A DNA stretch of 32,000 nucleotides, taken from Psychrobacter cryohalolentis K5 (GTDB lineage: Bacteria > Pseudomonadota > Gammaproteobacteria > Pseudomonadales > Moraxellaceae). Positions 24,422-32,000 of this stretch are shown piece after piece. A model generated the notes under the pieces. The model was not told where the DNA came from. It ran no database searches and worked only from the letters and a program-made list of their open reading frames with translations. The stretch covers positions 1,530,001-1,562,000 of the forward strand of contig NC_007969.1 of assembly GCF_000013905.1 (NCBI RefSeq), given 5' to 3'. Every line of letters starts with the position of its first letter. Within the stretch, counting starts at the first letter, position 1. A program made the translations under genes and the position numbers.

Positions 24422-26617
24422 TTAAAACTGATAGTTGAGCCCTAATTTGTACGAACGCCCGGGTGCAGGATAGCGACCAACAGGACTGGTATCGACACCG
24501 CGGAAATAATACTGCTCATCAAATAAATTGTTAATACCGAACTGCACAGACAGCTTTTCGTTCTTGGTGTCTTGCAATGTTTTTTGTAGGCTCAAGTTCC
24601 AAACTTGATAAGCAGGTGTCTCACCAATGCCGCCGTCTTTGCTTTCTGCTACCGTGTTGGCATTATCAGCATAAGCTTTGTCATAGTAAACGCCAGATAA
24701 AGTGGCGTTGTAATCTTGATGCTTATAACTGGCGTGCCAGCCTAACTGATGTGGCGAGCTGTACGGCAGTTGATTGCCTTCATCTGCCCCTTCTTTTAGC
24801 ATGGCATCAAGATAGTTGTAACTAAGACCTACATCTAGGTTTTTGAATGTTTTTGGGGCATAAGTAATCGCAGTTTCTAAACCTTGATGCAGGGTACGAC
24901 CCACATTATCAAAGCTTTGCTCTGCGCTGTTCCATTGCAATTGGTCTTTAAAGTCTATGCGATACAATCCCAAATTAGCTTGCAGACTATCAGTGGTATA
25001 GCGTGTACCTATTTCATAATTCCACGCAAGCTCACTGCCTTCTTCACCGTTACCGCGAATGTTGGCAATTTGCGGCGTTCTTAGGGATTTCTGCGCATTG
25101 GCATAAATCAGCCAAAGCTTATCATCAGACTTGGTTAATGAATAAGACGTTGTCAGCCCAGGTAGCCATTCCGTAATGGTATTGTCTGCTTGCGTGTTAT
25201 TACCAGCATCATTAAACGTCATTTTTGCATTTTCATAACGAATACCGGGGGTAACTTTTAGACGCTCATCCAGAAAGCTTATCTCATCGCTAACATAAGC
25301 GGCCCATGCATCCGTTTGTAGGTTCCAATCACGGGGCATGGTCGTCGTACCATCAGCAAGTTTGGTTTGCGTCAGTTTATAATCGATGTCTTCATTGACG
25401 TAGCGCACGCCACTGATGAGGTGATGTTTGATATTTTTGCTATCACCAATCTTCATAGAAAACTTCGGCTCTACGCCATAAACAGTAAACTCACGAGGTG
25501 AGGTACGCAGGCTGTCTGCTGCAATAGCAGGATCTGCCCAATGTACACCTTGTTTGTTCGCTTGTGAGTTAAATCCCCACTCAAAATTACGTGTGGCATG
25601 ATGACCAAAAGTAGTGAGGTCTAAGACCGCTTCATCACCGATATCCAAGTAGTTTTTGTACTTAGCATGCCAGCGTGTTGATTTACCTTGATAAGCTTCA
25701 AGTGGGCGTTGACTCTGTCCAACATCTTGCTCATAGGCAGCAGGTGAGAGCGCACCTGGCATTTCTGTATCAGCATCATAGTATTGTAAAAACCCTTCTA
25801 GTTTCTGATTGTCGTCGATATACCAAAGGGCTTTGGCTTGTAGGTTGGTAACTTCAGTGTCTGAGTGATCTCTAAAGCTGTCACCCTTAATACCATTGGC
25901 TTCTAACTGTACTCCGAAATCATCATTTAACCAGCGGCTGTGACGGGCATATAAACTGGTCAATGGCTTACCGTTCTGTTCAAAGACCGTTAAATTGGTA
26001 CCAATCTCAGTTTGAGTCTCTTTCGCAATAGGTTTGGTGATGAGGTTGATCACACCACCGACATTATTTGGACCATATTGGGTCGCAGCCCCGCCGCGTA
26101 CGACATCAATGCGCTCAAGATTATCAAGGGTTGCTGGAAAGATAGATTGACCGGTATGACCATAAGGTGCCAAGGTTAAAGGAATGCCATCCATTAAAAA
26201 CTGCGCCTGTCCACTACGGCTGGCATGTAGACCACGTATGGATATATTAGGTAATACACCGGTCCCCGTTTCATCGTCAATTTTGACACCTGGAATAAAC
26301 TGTAATGCACCGTCAATTGAGTTACTCACGGTTTTTTTAATGAAATCGTTATCAATTACCGTACGATTACCGGCAAATGCTTTTACCTGATTAGCACTAG
26401 AATCACCTAACGTCTCTGCAGTGACAATGATTGGCGCGGCAGTAAAAGAAAGTACTTTTGTTTCTGCTTTATTATTAATGGAGCTAGTTGTAATGGAAGT
26501 GTCTGAGCGAGCCTCAACACTCGTTTTCTTACTAATGGGCGTCATCTCAGCGCTACTTTGTTGATAAATGCAAAACATAGCAAGACAAAGCGAAGAACGT
26601 TTAAAAATAATAACCAT
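24422..26617 (-). CDS. TonB-dependent outer-membrane siderophore receptor (receptor 1)
   Basis: 731-aa ORF. Signal peptide, TonB-box-like APIIVTAE, plug motif RGGAATQYGPNNVGGVINLITK, and C-terminal ...LGLNYQF ending in Phe. Confidence 0.9.
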   Translation of the reverse strand: MVIIFKRSSLCLAMFCIYQQSSAEMTPISKKTSVEARSDTSITTSSINNKAETKVLSFTAAPIIVTAETLGDSSANQVKAFAGNRTVIDNDFIKKTVSNSIDGALQFIPGVKIDDETGTGVLPNISIRGLHASRSGQAQFLMDGIPLTLAPYGHTGQSIFPATLDNLERIDVVRGGAATQYGPNNVGGVINLITKPIAKETQTEIGTNLTVFEQNGKPLTSLYARHSRWLNDDFGVQLEANGIKGDSFRDHSDTEVTNLQAKALWYIDDNQKLEGFLQYYDADTEMPGALSPAAYEQDVGQSQRPLEAYQGKSTRWHAKYKNYLDIGDEAVLDLTTFGHHATRNFEWGFNSQANKQGVHWADPAIAADSLRTSPREFTVYGVEPKFSMKIGDSKNIKHHLISGVRYVNEDIDYKLTQTKLADGTTTMPRDWNLQTDAWAAYVSDEISFLDERLKVTPGIRYENAKMTFNDAGNNTQADNTITEWLPGLTTSYSLTKSDDKLWLIYANAQKSLRTPQIANIRGNGEEGSELAWNYEIGTRYTTDSLQANLGLYRIDFKDQLQWNSAEQSFDNVGRTLHQGLETAITYAPKTFKNLDVGLSYNYLDAMLKEGADEGNQLPYSSPHQLGWHASYKHQDYNATLSGVYYDKAYADNANTVAESKDGGIGETPAYQVWNLSLQKTLQDTKNEKLSVQFGINNLFDEQYYFRGVDTSPVGRYPAPGRSYKLGLNYQF

Positions 26618-26679
26618 AACAATTCCAATTATTTAGCAGGTGTTTATGTCAGTCAAAGGTGAATAGTGTTACTAAAACG

Positions 26680-26730
26680 TTGCAATTATAAACAGTAATA
26701 GTTATCATTTGCAAAATTATTATCATTTAT
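26680..26730. promoter_or_regulatory. Bidirectional promoter with two tandem Fur-like boxes between the divergent receptor genes
   Basis: Fur-like boxes AGTAATAGTTATCATTTGC (26694-26712) and CAAAATTATTATCATTTAT (26712-26730) each match about 12/19 to consensus by eye, with a conserved TTATCATTT core. Plus strand: TTGCAA (26680-26685)-N17-TATCAT (26703-26708). Minus strand: TTGCAA (26709-26714)-N18-TATAAT (26685-26690). Confidence 0.6.
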
Positions 26731-26810
26731 ATGCTTAAGCATTAGTAAATACTGCTCAATAATTATTGAGACTAAGCCACTGACAACCTCGCTCATTCCT
26801 TAACACATCT

Positions 26811-28910
26811 ATGGATCTAATTATGTCTCACCATCAACCTAAACCCTTAGTGACTGCGGTCCGTGCTCAATTATTCCTAGCCATGATGACGACTGGTCTA
26901 ACCATGGTGGTGAGTCAACAGGTTGCTGCTCAAGAGACAGCTATACAGCCATTAACAACACTGCCATCAACGACGCTAGCGCCGATTGTGGTCATGGCTA
27001 AAACCTATGAAGGCTATGCTGCTTATGCTCCAACGTCAGGGACCAAGACGCAGACCGAGTGGTTAGATGTGCCGCAGTCAGTATCGGTAGTAACTAAAAC
27101 GGAGCTAGAGGATAGAGGCGCGGTGCGCGTGATGGATGCTATGAAAGGCGTCGCCGGTTTGAATAACACGCTTGGCGAAGGTAGCCGAGACGAGTTTGTG
27201 CTGCGTGGATTCAATGGTTTAAACGATGTCTATAGCGATGGTATGCGTGATGATGGCAAATTGCAGTCCTATCGCAGCCTCGCCAATGTAGAGCGCGTAG
27301 AGGTGGTAAAAGGTCCAGCGGGCGCGCTGTATGGGCGTGGTAGTGCAGGTGGTATTATCAACCTCGTCAGTAAAAAAGCAGAAGGCGATGACTTCGATAA
27401 GGTGCAAGCGCAAGTGGGTAGCGATGGCTTAGCCGTGGCGCGCGTCGATAGCTCGCATAAATTATCAGATACCGTCAATGCCCGTATCAATGCCGAATAT
27501 CGCCGCAGTGACTCCTATGTCGATCATATCGATTCAAATGATGTCTTTATCGCACCGACAGTTCGCTGGCAGCCGACTGACCAGCAAACGCTAGATTTCT
27601 CCCTCGATTTTATGCGCCAGCACCTTGTACCTTATCGCGGTGTTCCGTCCAAAGATGGTAAGCCTGTTGATGTACCTCCTAATACTTTTTATGGCGGCAC
27701 CAATGATTACCAAGATTCAGACACTTGGCATGCCAATGTCAATCATGAGTTTGATATCAATGATGGTCTTAAATGGACCAATCGAGCTTCATACAGCAAT
27801 ATTACTTTAGAGCAAAAAGGCACCCGTCAATCATCTGCTGATGTGGTCAATGATAAGGTTGAACGTACTGTCAATAATTTTGGTTATGATCCACGCACCA
27901 GCAAAACCTTACAGTCTGAGCTTGCTTGGAATAAGGGCAGTCATGAGCTGCTATTTGGTGCCGATTATAATGACATTGACATTGACTTAACTCTTGCGAC
28001 TGACAAAAATGTACCACCCACATCTGCAACCAACCCGAGCGCTGGTCCAACGCCTAACCCAGGTTTCCCCGCATTTCGTAAAAATAGCACCCAAAGCATC
28101 GGTGTCTTTGCCCAAGATGTCTATCATATTGGCGACTGGTCACTTGTCGGCAACGTTCGCTATGACAATATGCGCCTGAGTCAAAACGCTAATGGTAAGG
28201 ACAGTGAGCTTAACGACGACAAATTCAGCTACCGAACAGGCGTCGTCTATAAGTTTAATGACGCCACCTCCGCTTATGCCACCGTAGCGCGTTCATGGCA
28301 GCTGCCTTATTCAGGAACGTTTATCAATCCAAAATTGGGTGCACTTTATCAGACCGACCTAAAAGAGATTGGGGTGAAAACGTATTTAAATAATGACGAT
28401 ATTATGCTGAATGCTTCTCTCTATCGCATTGATAAAGAAGACCCAAAAACCAATGACAATCGCGAAGTGACGGATAAAGATGAGTTTCGTCATCAAGGTC
28501 TAGAGTTAGAAGCTCGAGGTAAGCTAAGTGATAATTGGGATGTGTCGGCAGGCTATAGTTATCTTGATGCTGAAGATAAAAAAACGGGTCTGACGCCAAA
28601 CGACGTACCGAAACAAACGTTCTCGTTATGGACCGCTTATCAACCTGCTGATCAATGGCGAATTGGTGGCGGGGTGAATTATATCAGTGACCGCTACGCT
28701 GGAGACGCAGAGGCAGTCGAACTCGCTGGCTATACGACCGTAGATTTAATGACTGCCTACAGCATGGGCAAACATAATCTGCAATTGAATCTAAATAACG
28801 CTCTGGATAAAGAATATGCGCTTGGGGCTACCAATGGCACCTCGGGCAAAAACCAAATTGGTCTTGGTGCGCCTAGAACGTGGCTATTAACCTATAACTA
28901 CGAATTTTAA
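26811..28910 (+). CDS. pvuA: TonB-dependent outer-membrane siderophore receptor (receptor 2), heading the uptake operon
   Basis: 699-aa ORF. Signal peptide ending VAA|QE, TonB-box-like LAPIVVMA, plug motif KGPAGALYGRGSAGGIINLVSK, and C-terminal ...TYNYEF. The start could instead be ATG at 26823. The symbol is given by position upstream of the binding-protein/permease genes and is tentative. Confidence 0.85.
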   Translation: MDLIMSHHQPKPLVTAVRAQLFLAMMTTGLTMVVSQQVAAQETAIQPLTTLPSTTLAPIVVMAKTYEGYAAYAPTSGTKTQTEWLDVPQSVSVVTKTELEDRGAVRVMDAMKGVAGLNNTLGEGSRDEFVLRGFNGLNDVYSDGMRDDGKLQSYRSLANVERVEVVKGPAGALYGRGSAGGIINLVSKKAEGDDFDKVQAQVGSDGLAVARVDSSHKLSDTVNARINAEYRRSDSYVDHIDSNDVFIAPTVRWQPTDQQTLDFSLDFMRQHLVPYRGVPSKDGKPVDVPPNTFYGGTNDYQDSDTWHANVNHEFDINDGLKWTNRASYSNITLEQKGTRQSSADVVNDKVERTVNNFGYDPRTSKTLQSELAWNKGSHELLFGADYNDIDIDLTLATDKNVPPTSATNPSAGPTPNPGFPAFRKNSTQSIGVFAQDVYHIGDWSLVGNVRYDNMRLSQNANGKDSELNDDKFSYRTGVVYKFNDATSAYATVARSWQLPYSGTFINPKLGALYQTDLKEIGVKTYLNNDDIMLNASLYRIDKEDPKTNDNREVTDKDEFRHQGLELEARGKLSDNWDVSAGYSYLDAEDKKTGLTPNDVPKQTFSLWTAYQPADQWRIGGGVNYISDRYAGDAEAVELAGYTTVDLMTAYSMGKHNLQLNLNNALDKEYALGATNGTSGKNQIGLGAPRTWLLTYNYEF

Positions 28911-28983
28911 CGAGTGCGTCTTAATGCCAAAATTTCATGTCCCTAGCGTCCAACCCATTTAATGATATTAAGAAAAGCTATTT

Positions 28984-30057
28984 ATGAATCAACGTCCAAA
29001 GCTCACGCTTATTTTACCCTTGCTGGTCATCGTATTGATTGTGGTTGGCGGTATTGTTTTTATTATCAATCAAAAAAACAATGTTACGGCAACGCCATCA
29101 TTGAATGCTGATAACGGCACGTTGGCAGCAGCAGTTACTGAGTCAAGTGACAAAAATAACGTTCTTCTACTAACTGATGAAGAAATTAAAGCGCGTTTGC
29201 CCAATTTGAGCGACTATCCGCAGGATCCAAAGCGTATCGTAGTTTTGGAATACTCATTTTTAGGGGATGCTTTAGCGCTAGGACTTAATCCGGTTGGTAT
29301 TGCCGATGATAATAAACCTGACAGTATTATTCCTGAATTTAATCAGCAGCTATCTGGCTATACCTCGGTCGGTTCACGTTATCAGCCAAGCCTTGAAGCC
29401 ATTGCTGATTTAAAACCCGACCTTATCATTGCCGATGACGAGCGTCATACGGTCATCGCCGATGAGCTTAATCGCATTGCACCGTCGATCGTGCTTAAAA
29501 GTCGCGGTGAAAGTTATGTAGAGAATATACAGACGGCGCAATTGGTCGGTCATATCGTACATCAAGATCAAAAAATGTCTCAAGTCATCAATACACATCT
29601 AAAAAAAATGGCAGATTTAAAGTCGCAATTGGCAACAACTCCACTTGCTAACCACAGCGTGCAGTTTGCTATTATCAGTGATAAAGGCATGTGGCTGCAT
29701 GGTCCAAGCTCGTACGCCGGTAGTTTACTCAATCATCTAAATATCAAAAGTCCGATTCCTGAGCAAACAGGTGAGGCGTATATCGCAACCAGTTTGGAGC
29801 AATTATTAGCGGCTAATCCTGATTGGCTTTTAATTGGACGTTATAACGATCACACCATTTATGATGAATGGAAGTCCTCACCATTATTTAATCAGCTAAC
29901 GGCAGTTAAAAACAATCAGGTCATCGAAGTCGATCCCAATTATTGGGCGCTCAATCGCAGTATGCAGTCTGCTGAATACATGACAGCTGAGCTGCTTGAG
30001 ATTGCTAAGCCAAAAGGCAAAAAAAGTTCAAGTCCTTCTTTAAAAGAGTCAAATTAA
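28984..30057 (+). CDS. pvuB: Iron-siderophore ABC transporter substrate-binding protein (PvuB/FhuD-type)
   Basis: 357-aa ORF. N-terminal hydrophobic segment, then the pattern PKRIVVLEYSF...LGLNPVG...KPDLIIADD typical of cluster A (FecB/FhuD-like) binding proteins. It lies between a receptor and the FecCD permeases. Confidence 0.82.
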   Translation: MNQRPKLTLILPLLVIVLIVVGGIVFIINQKNNVTATPSLNADNGTLAAAVTESSDKNNVLLLTDEEIKARLPNLSDYPQDPKRIVVLEYSFLGDALALGLNPVGIADDNKPDSIIPEFNQQLSGYTSVGSRYQPSLEAIADLKPDLIIADDERHTVIADELNRIAPSIVLKSRGESYVENIQTAQLVGHIVHQDQKMSQVINTHLKKMADLKSQLATTPLANHSVQFAIISDKGMWLHGPSSYAGSLLNHLNIKSPIPEQTGEAYIATSLEQLLAANPDWLLIGRYNDHTIYDEWKSSPLFNQLTAVKNNQVIEVDPNYWALNRSMQSAEYMTAELLEIAKPKGKKSSSPSLKESN

Positions 30058-30099
30058 TGAGACATTGTACTACTGTCTTTTTAAAACAAGGCGATTTTT

Positions 30100-31176
30100 A
30101 TGGTTGAACCGCAACTGAGCTGCTCATCTTCTATATCCTTAAAACCCCATATTGCAAAGCGCCCGATAATACGGGCGTTATTATGGTGTGGGTTATTGGT
30201 CATTTTACTGATTGGCTGCTGGCAAGGGTTAACGGCATATTCAAAATTTGCCCTGTCGTTGACGGATTTATTTTCCTTATTGACGCAGCAAAATAGTCAA
30301 GCGTCGCTAACTGCACAATTATTAATAGAGATTCGCCTGCCGCGCGTGCTCGTGGCGATTATAGTCGGTGCCAATTTGGCGGTGGCGGGGTTACTAATGC
30401 AAGTGATGACCCGTAACTCACTGGCATCTCCTGCGGTATTGGGTATCAATGCAGGGGCAGCGTGCGTGGTTGCTTTATCTTCTATTGGTTTAGGATTTAC
30501 CTTTTTAACCTCTACCTTTTTGCAAGCAATGGTTGGGGCAGTGCTCTCTTGTGCCCTCGTTGCAGGATTGGCGGGTTATTTTTCTGGGCGTCCGGTGCAT
30601 CCTGTTCGTCTAATCTTATCGGGCGTTGCTATCAATGCGCTGCTGGTCGGCATGACACGAGCGGCGCTGATTACTACGGATGAGCAAGCTTATGGGGTAC
30701 TGTATTGGCTAGCTGGCTCTATTGCCAATACGCGCTGGGAGTCCATTCCCATGCTAGCGGCTATATCGCTGCTGACCTTGGGTTATGGCTGGTGGCTATC
30801 ACCTAAATTAAATGTCTTGGTGCTGGGCGATGATGTGGCAAGTAGCCTTGGGGTGAACCTGCGGGCATTACAGTGGTCATGTGGGGCATTGATTACGATA
30901 TTGACGGCGATCAGTGTGGCGGTCGCCGGTCCTGTTGCCTTTGTCGGTTTGATTATCCCCCATGTTGCCAAGCGCCTGTTAAAGCAGGTATCGAATATGG
31001 CTTATGAGCAGATTTTGCCATTGTCTATGCTGCTTGGCAGTATATTGATGGTGTGGGCGGATGTCTTGTCACGGGCGGTTGCGTATCCAGCAGAGACACC
31101 AGTGGGCTTGCTAACGGCACTTATTGGGACACCTGTTTTTATTGCGCTGGCGTGTAGAAGACGACTCGATAGCTGA
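30100..31176 (+). CDS. pvuC: FecCD-family iron-siderophore ABC transporter permease
   Basis: 358-aa polytopic ORF with EIRLPRVL, ASPAVLGINAGA and the C-terminal PVGLLTALIGTPVFI motif characteristic of FecCD/BtuC permeases. Confidence 0.88.
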   Translation: MVEPQLSCSSSISLKPHIAKRPIIRALLWCGLLVILLIGCWQGLTAYSKFALSLTDLFSLLTQQNSQASLTAQLLIEIRLPRVLVAIIVGANLAVAGLLMQVMTRNSLASPAVLGINAGAACVVALSSIGLGFTFLTSTFLQAMVGAVLSCALVAGLAGYFSGRPVHPVRLILSGVAINALLVGMTRAALITTDEQAYGVLYWLAGSIANTRWESIPMLAAISLLTLGYGWWLSPKLNVLVLGDDVASSLGVNLRALQWSCGALITILTAISVAVAGPVAFVGLIIPHVAKRLLKQVSNMAYEQILPLSMLLGSILMVWADVLSRAVAYPAETPVGLLTALIGTPVFIALACRRRLDS

Positions 31177-31353
31177 TCGATAGCTAATACAAGCAAGTTT
31201 GAAATACTTTATAAATGACTGTCGAATATAAGTGACTGTTCAATGTGAAAGTCGGTTATATATGTTTTTATGGCTTATCAAGACCGCTAAGTTTGTATGC
31301 ATGTTAATCAAAGGCGACTCAAAATCCTATCCAGCAACAAAAGTAAGCAACGA

Positions 31354-32000
31354 ATGACGATACAAACTAAAGCTTCTTCATCGCGCTCAAACTCACTATT
31401 TGCTCGTAAATCGGCAAGTAGGGCGGTGGTACTGATTATTCTGATGCTATTCATCCTTAGTGTGAGCAGCATCTTTTTTGGTGCCAGTGAATTAACGCTA
31501 GCGCAAATCTGGCAGCATTTACAGCAAGGATTTGGCGGCGACAAAGACTTTATTGTGTGGCAGCACCGATTGCCGCGCACGCTATTATCAATTTTAGTGG
31601 GGGCAAGCCTTGGTCTATCAGGATCATTAGTACAAGGGGTCATTCGTAACCCGTTAGCATCTCCTGACTTGATGGGTATCAGTGCTGGCGCAGGGTTTTG
31701 CGCGACTTTGTTGCTGGTTATGCTTCCTGCGGCACCAACGTGGTGGCTATCTGTCGCAGCTTTACTTGGCGGATTATTGGCGTTTAGTTCTATCATGCTG
31801 TTGGCACAGATATCACAGCCTACGCCAGCACGTTTGGCATTGATTGGCGTTGCCATTAGTGCTTTTTTAGCCAGTGGGATTAATTTTCTATTGGTGATTT
31901 ATCCTGTAGAAATCAATACCGCAATGATTTGGTTAACTGGTAGCTTGTGGGGTCGCAGCTGGCAACATATTCCAATGTTAACGATAATATTTGCCGTATT
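31354..32000 (+). CDS. pvuD: Second FecCD-family permease; 5' part only, continues past the window end
   Basis: Not in the ORF track (open at the window end). My translation from ATG at 31354 reads MTIQTKASSSRSNSLFARKSASRAVVLIILMLFILSVSSIFFGASELTLAQIWQHLQQGFGGDKDFIVWQHRLPRTLLSILVGASLGLSGSLVQGVIRNPLASPDLMGISAGAGF..., which carries the RLPR and NPLA.P...G.S.GA motifs. An in-frame ATG at 31297 is an alternative start. Confidence 0.85.
   Translation, partial: MTIQTKASSSRSNSLFARKSASRAVVLIILMLFILSVSSIFFGASELTLAQIWQHLQQGFGGDKDFIVWQHRLPRTLLSILVGASLGLSGSLVQGVIRNPLASPDLMGISAGAGFCATLLLVMLPAAPTWWLSVAALLGGLLAFSSIMLLAQISQPTPARLALIGVAISAFLASGINFLLVIYPVEINTAMIWLTGSLWGRSWQHIPMLTIIFAV

Noticed and set aside
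30059-30082. Weak hairpin (GAGACA-N9-TGTCTT) plus T-run between the binding-protein and permease genes, considered as a possible attenuator.
   Set aside because: The stem is only 5-6 bp including a G-U pair. That is too weak to call a terminator from sequence alone.
31308-31856. 182-aa minus-strand ORF from the track.
   Set aside because: It is antisense shadow of the second FecCD permease. The plus-strand frame carries the RLPR and NPLA.P motifs and matches the upstream paralogue, whereas the minus-strand product has no recognisable features.
1-32000. Search for transposases, integrases, IS inverted repeats, tRNA/rRNA genes, toxin-antitoxin pairs or defence genes.
   Set aside because: None was recognised on either strand. 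Every ORF above 100 aa that is not a shadow ORF is accounted for by the catabolic, regulator/DoxX/dioxygenase or siderophore blocks.

Overview
The window contains three blocks and no mobile-element, phage, CRISPR, tRNA or rRNA signal that I can see. All calls rest on motifs I recognise plus gene order. No database search was run, and start codons are +/- a few codons.

(1) 1-11769, minus strand. This is an unbroken 13-gene benzoate-to-TCA pathway: catB-catC-catA-benA-benB-benC-benD-benE-catI-catJ-catF-catD, followed by a truncated signal-peptide M20D amidohydrolase. A BenM/CatM-type LysR regulator (11957-12874) is transcribed divergently. Its ATAC-N7-GTAT operator sits in the catB/catM intergenic region.

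(2) 12971-15537. A second LysR regulator is divergent from a DoxX membrane protein, which is followed by a LigB/YgiD class III extradiol dioxygenase. After this comes a 771-bp gene-free gap holding a perfect (ACCTGTCA)x12 octanucleotide array.

(3) 16309-32000. This is a Fur-box-controlled siderophore locus whose content and order match the vibrioferrin pvsABCDE operon: ATP-grasp, IucA/IucC, MFS, IucA/IucC, PLP decarboxylase. It also carries two different TonB-dependent receptors and a binding-protein/FecCD-permease importer that runs off the window end.

I do not see a clearly new multi-gene system. The items most worth a second look are:
- the two abutting in-frame hexanucleotide microsatellites inside the MFS exporter gene;
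- the octamer array in what may be the 3' UTR of the pvs operon;
- the LysR-DoxX-extradiol dioxygenase module beside the ortho-cleavage pathway;
- the fused cat-ben-cat gene order under a single regulator;
- a very compact, symmetric bidirectional Fur promoter.

The BenM/CatM-like regulator and the AT-rich codon usage suggest a Moraxellaceae-like host (Psychrobacter/Acinetobacter type). That cannot be confirmed without a search.
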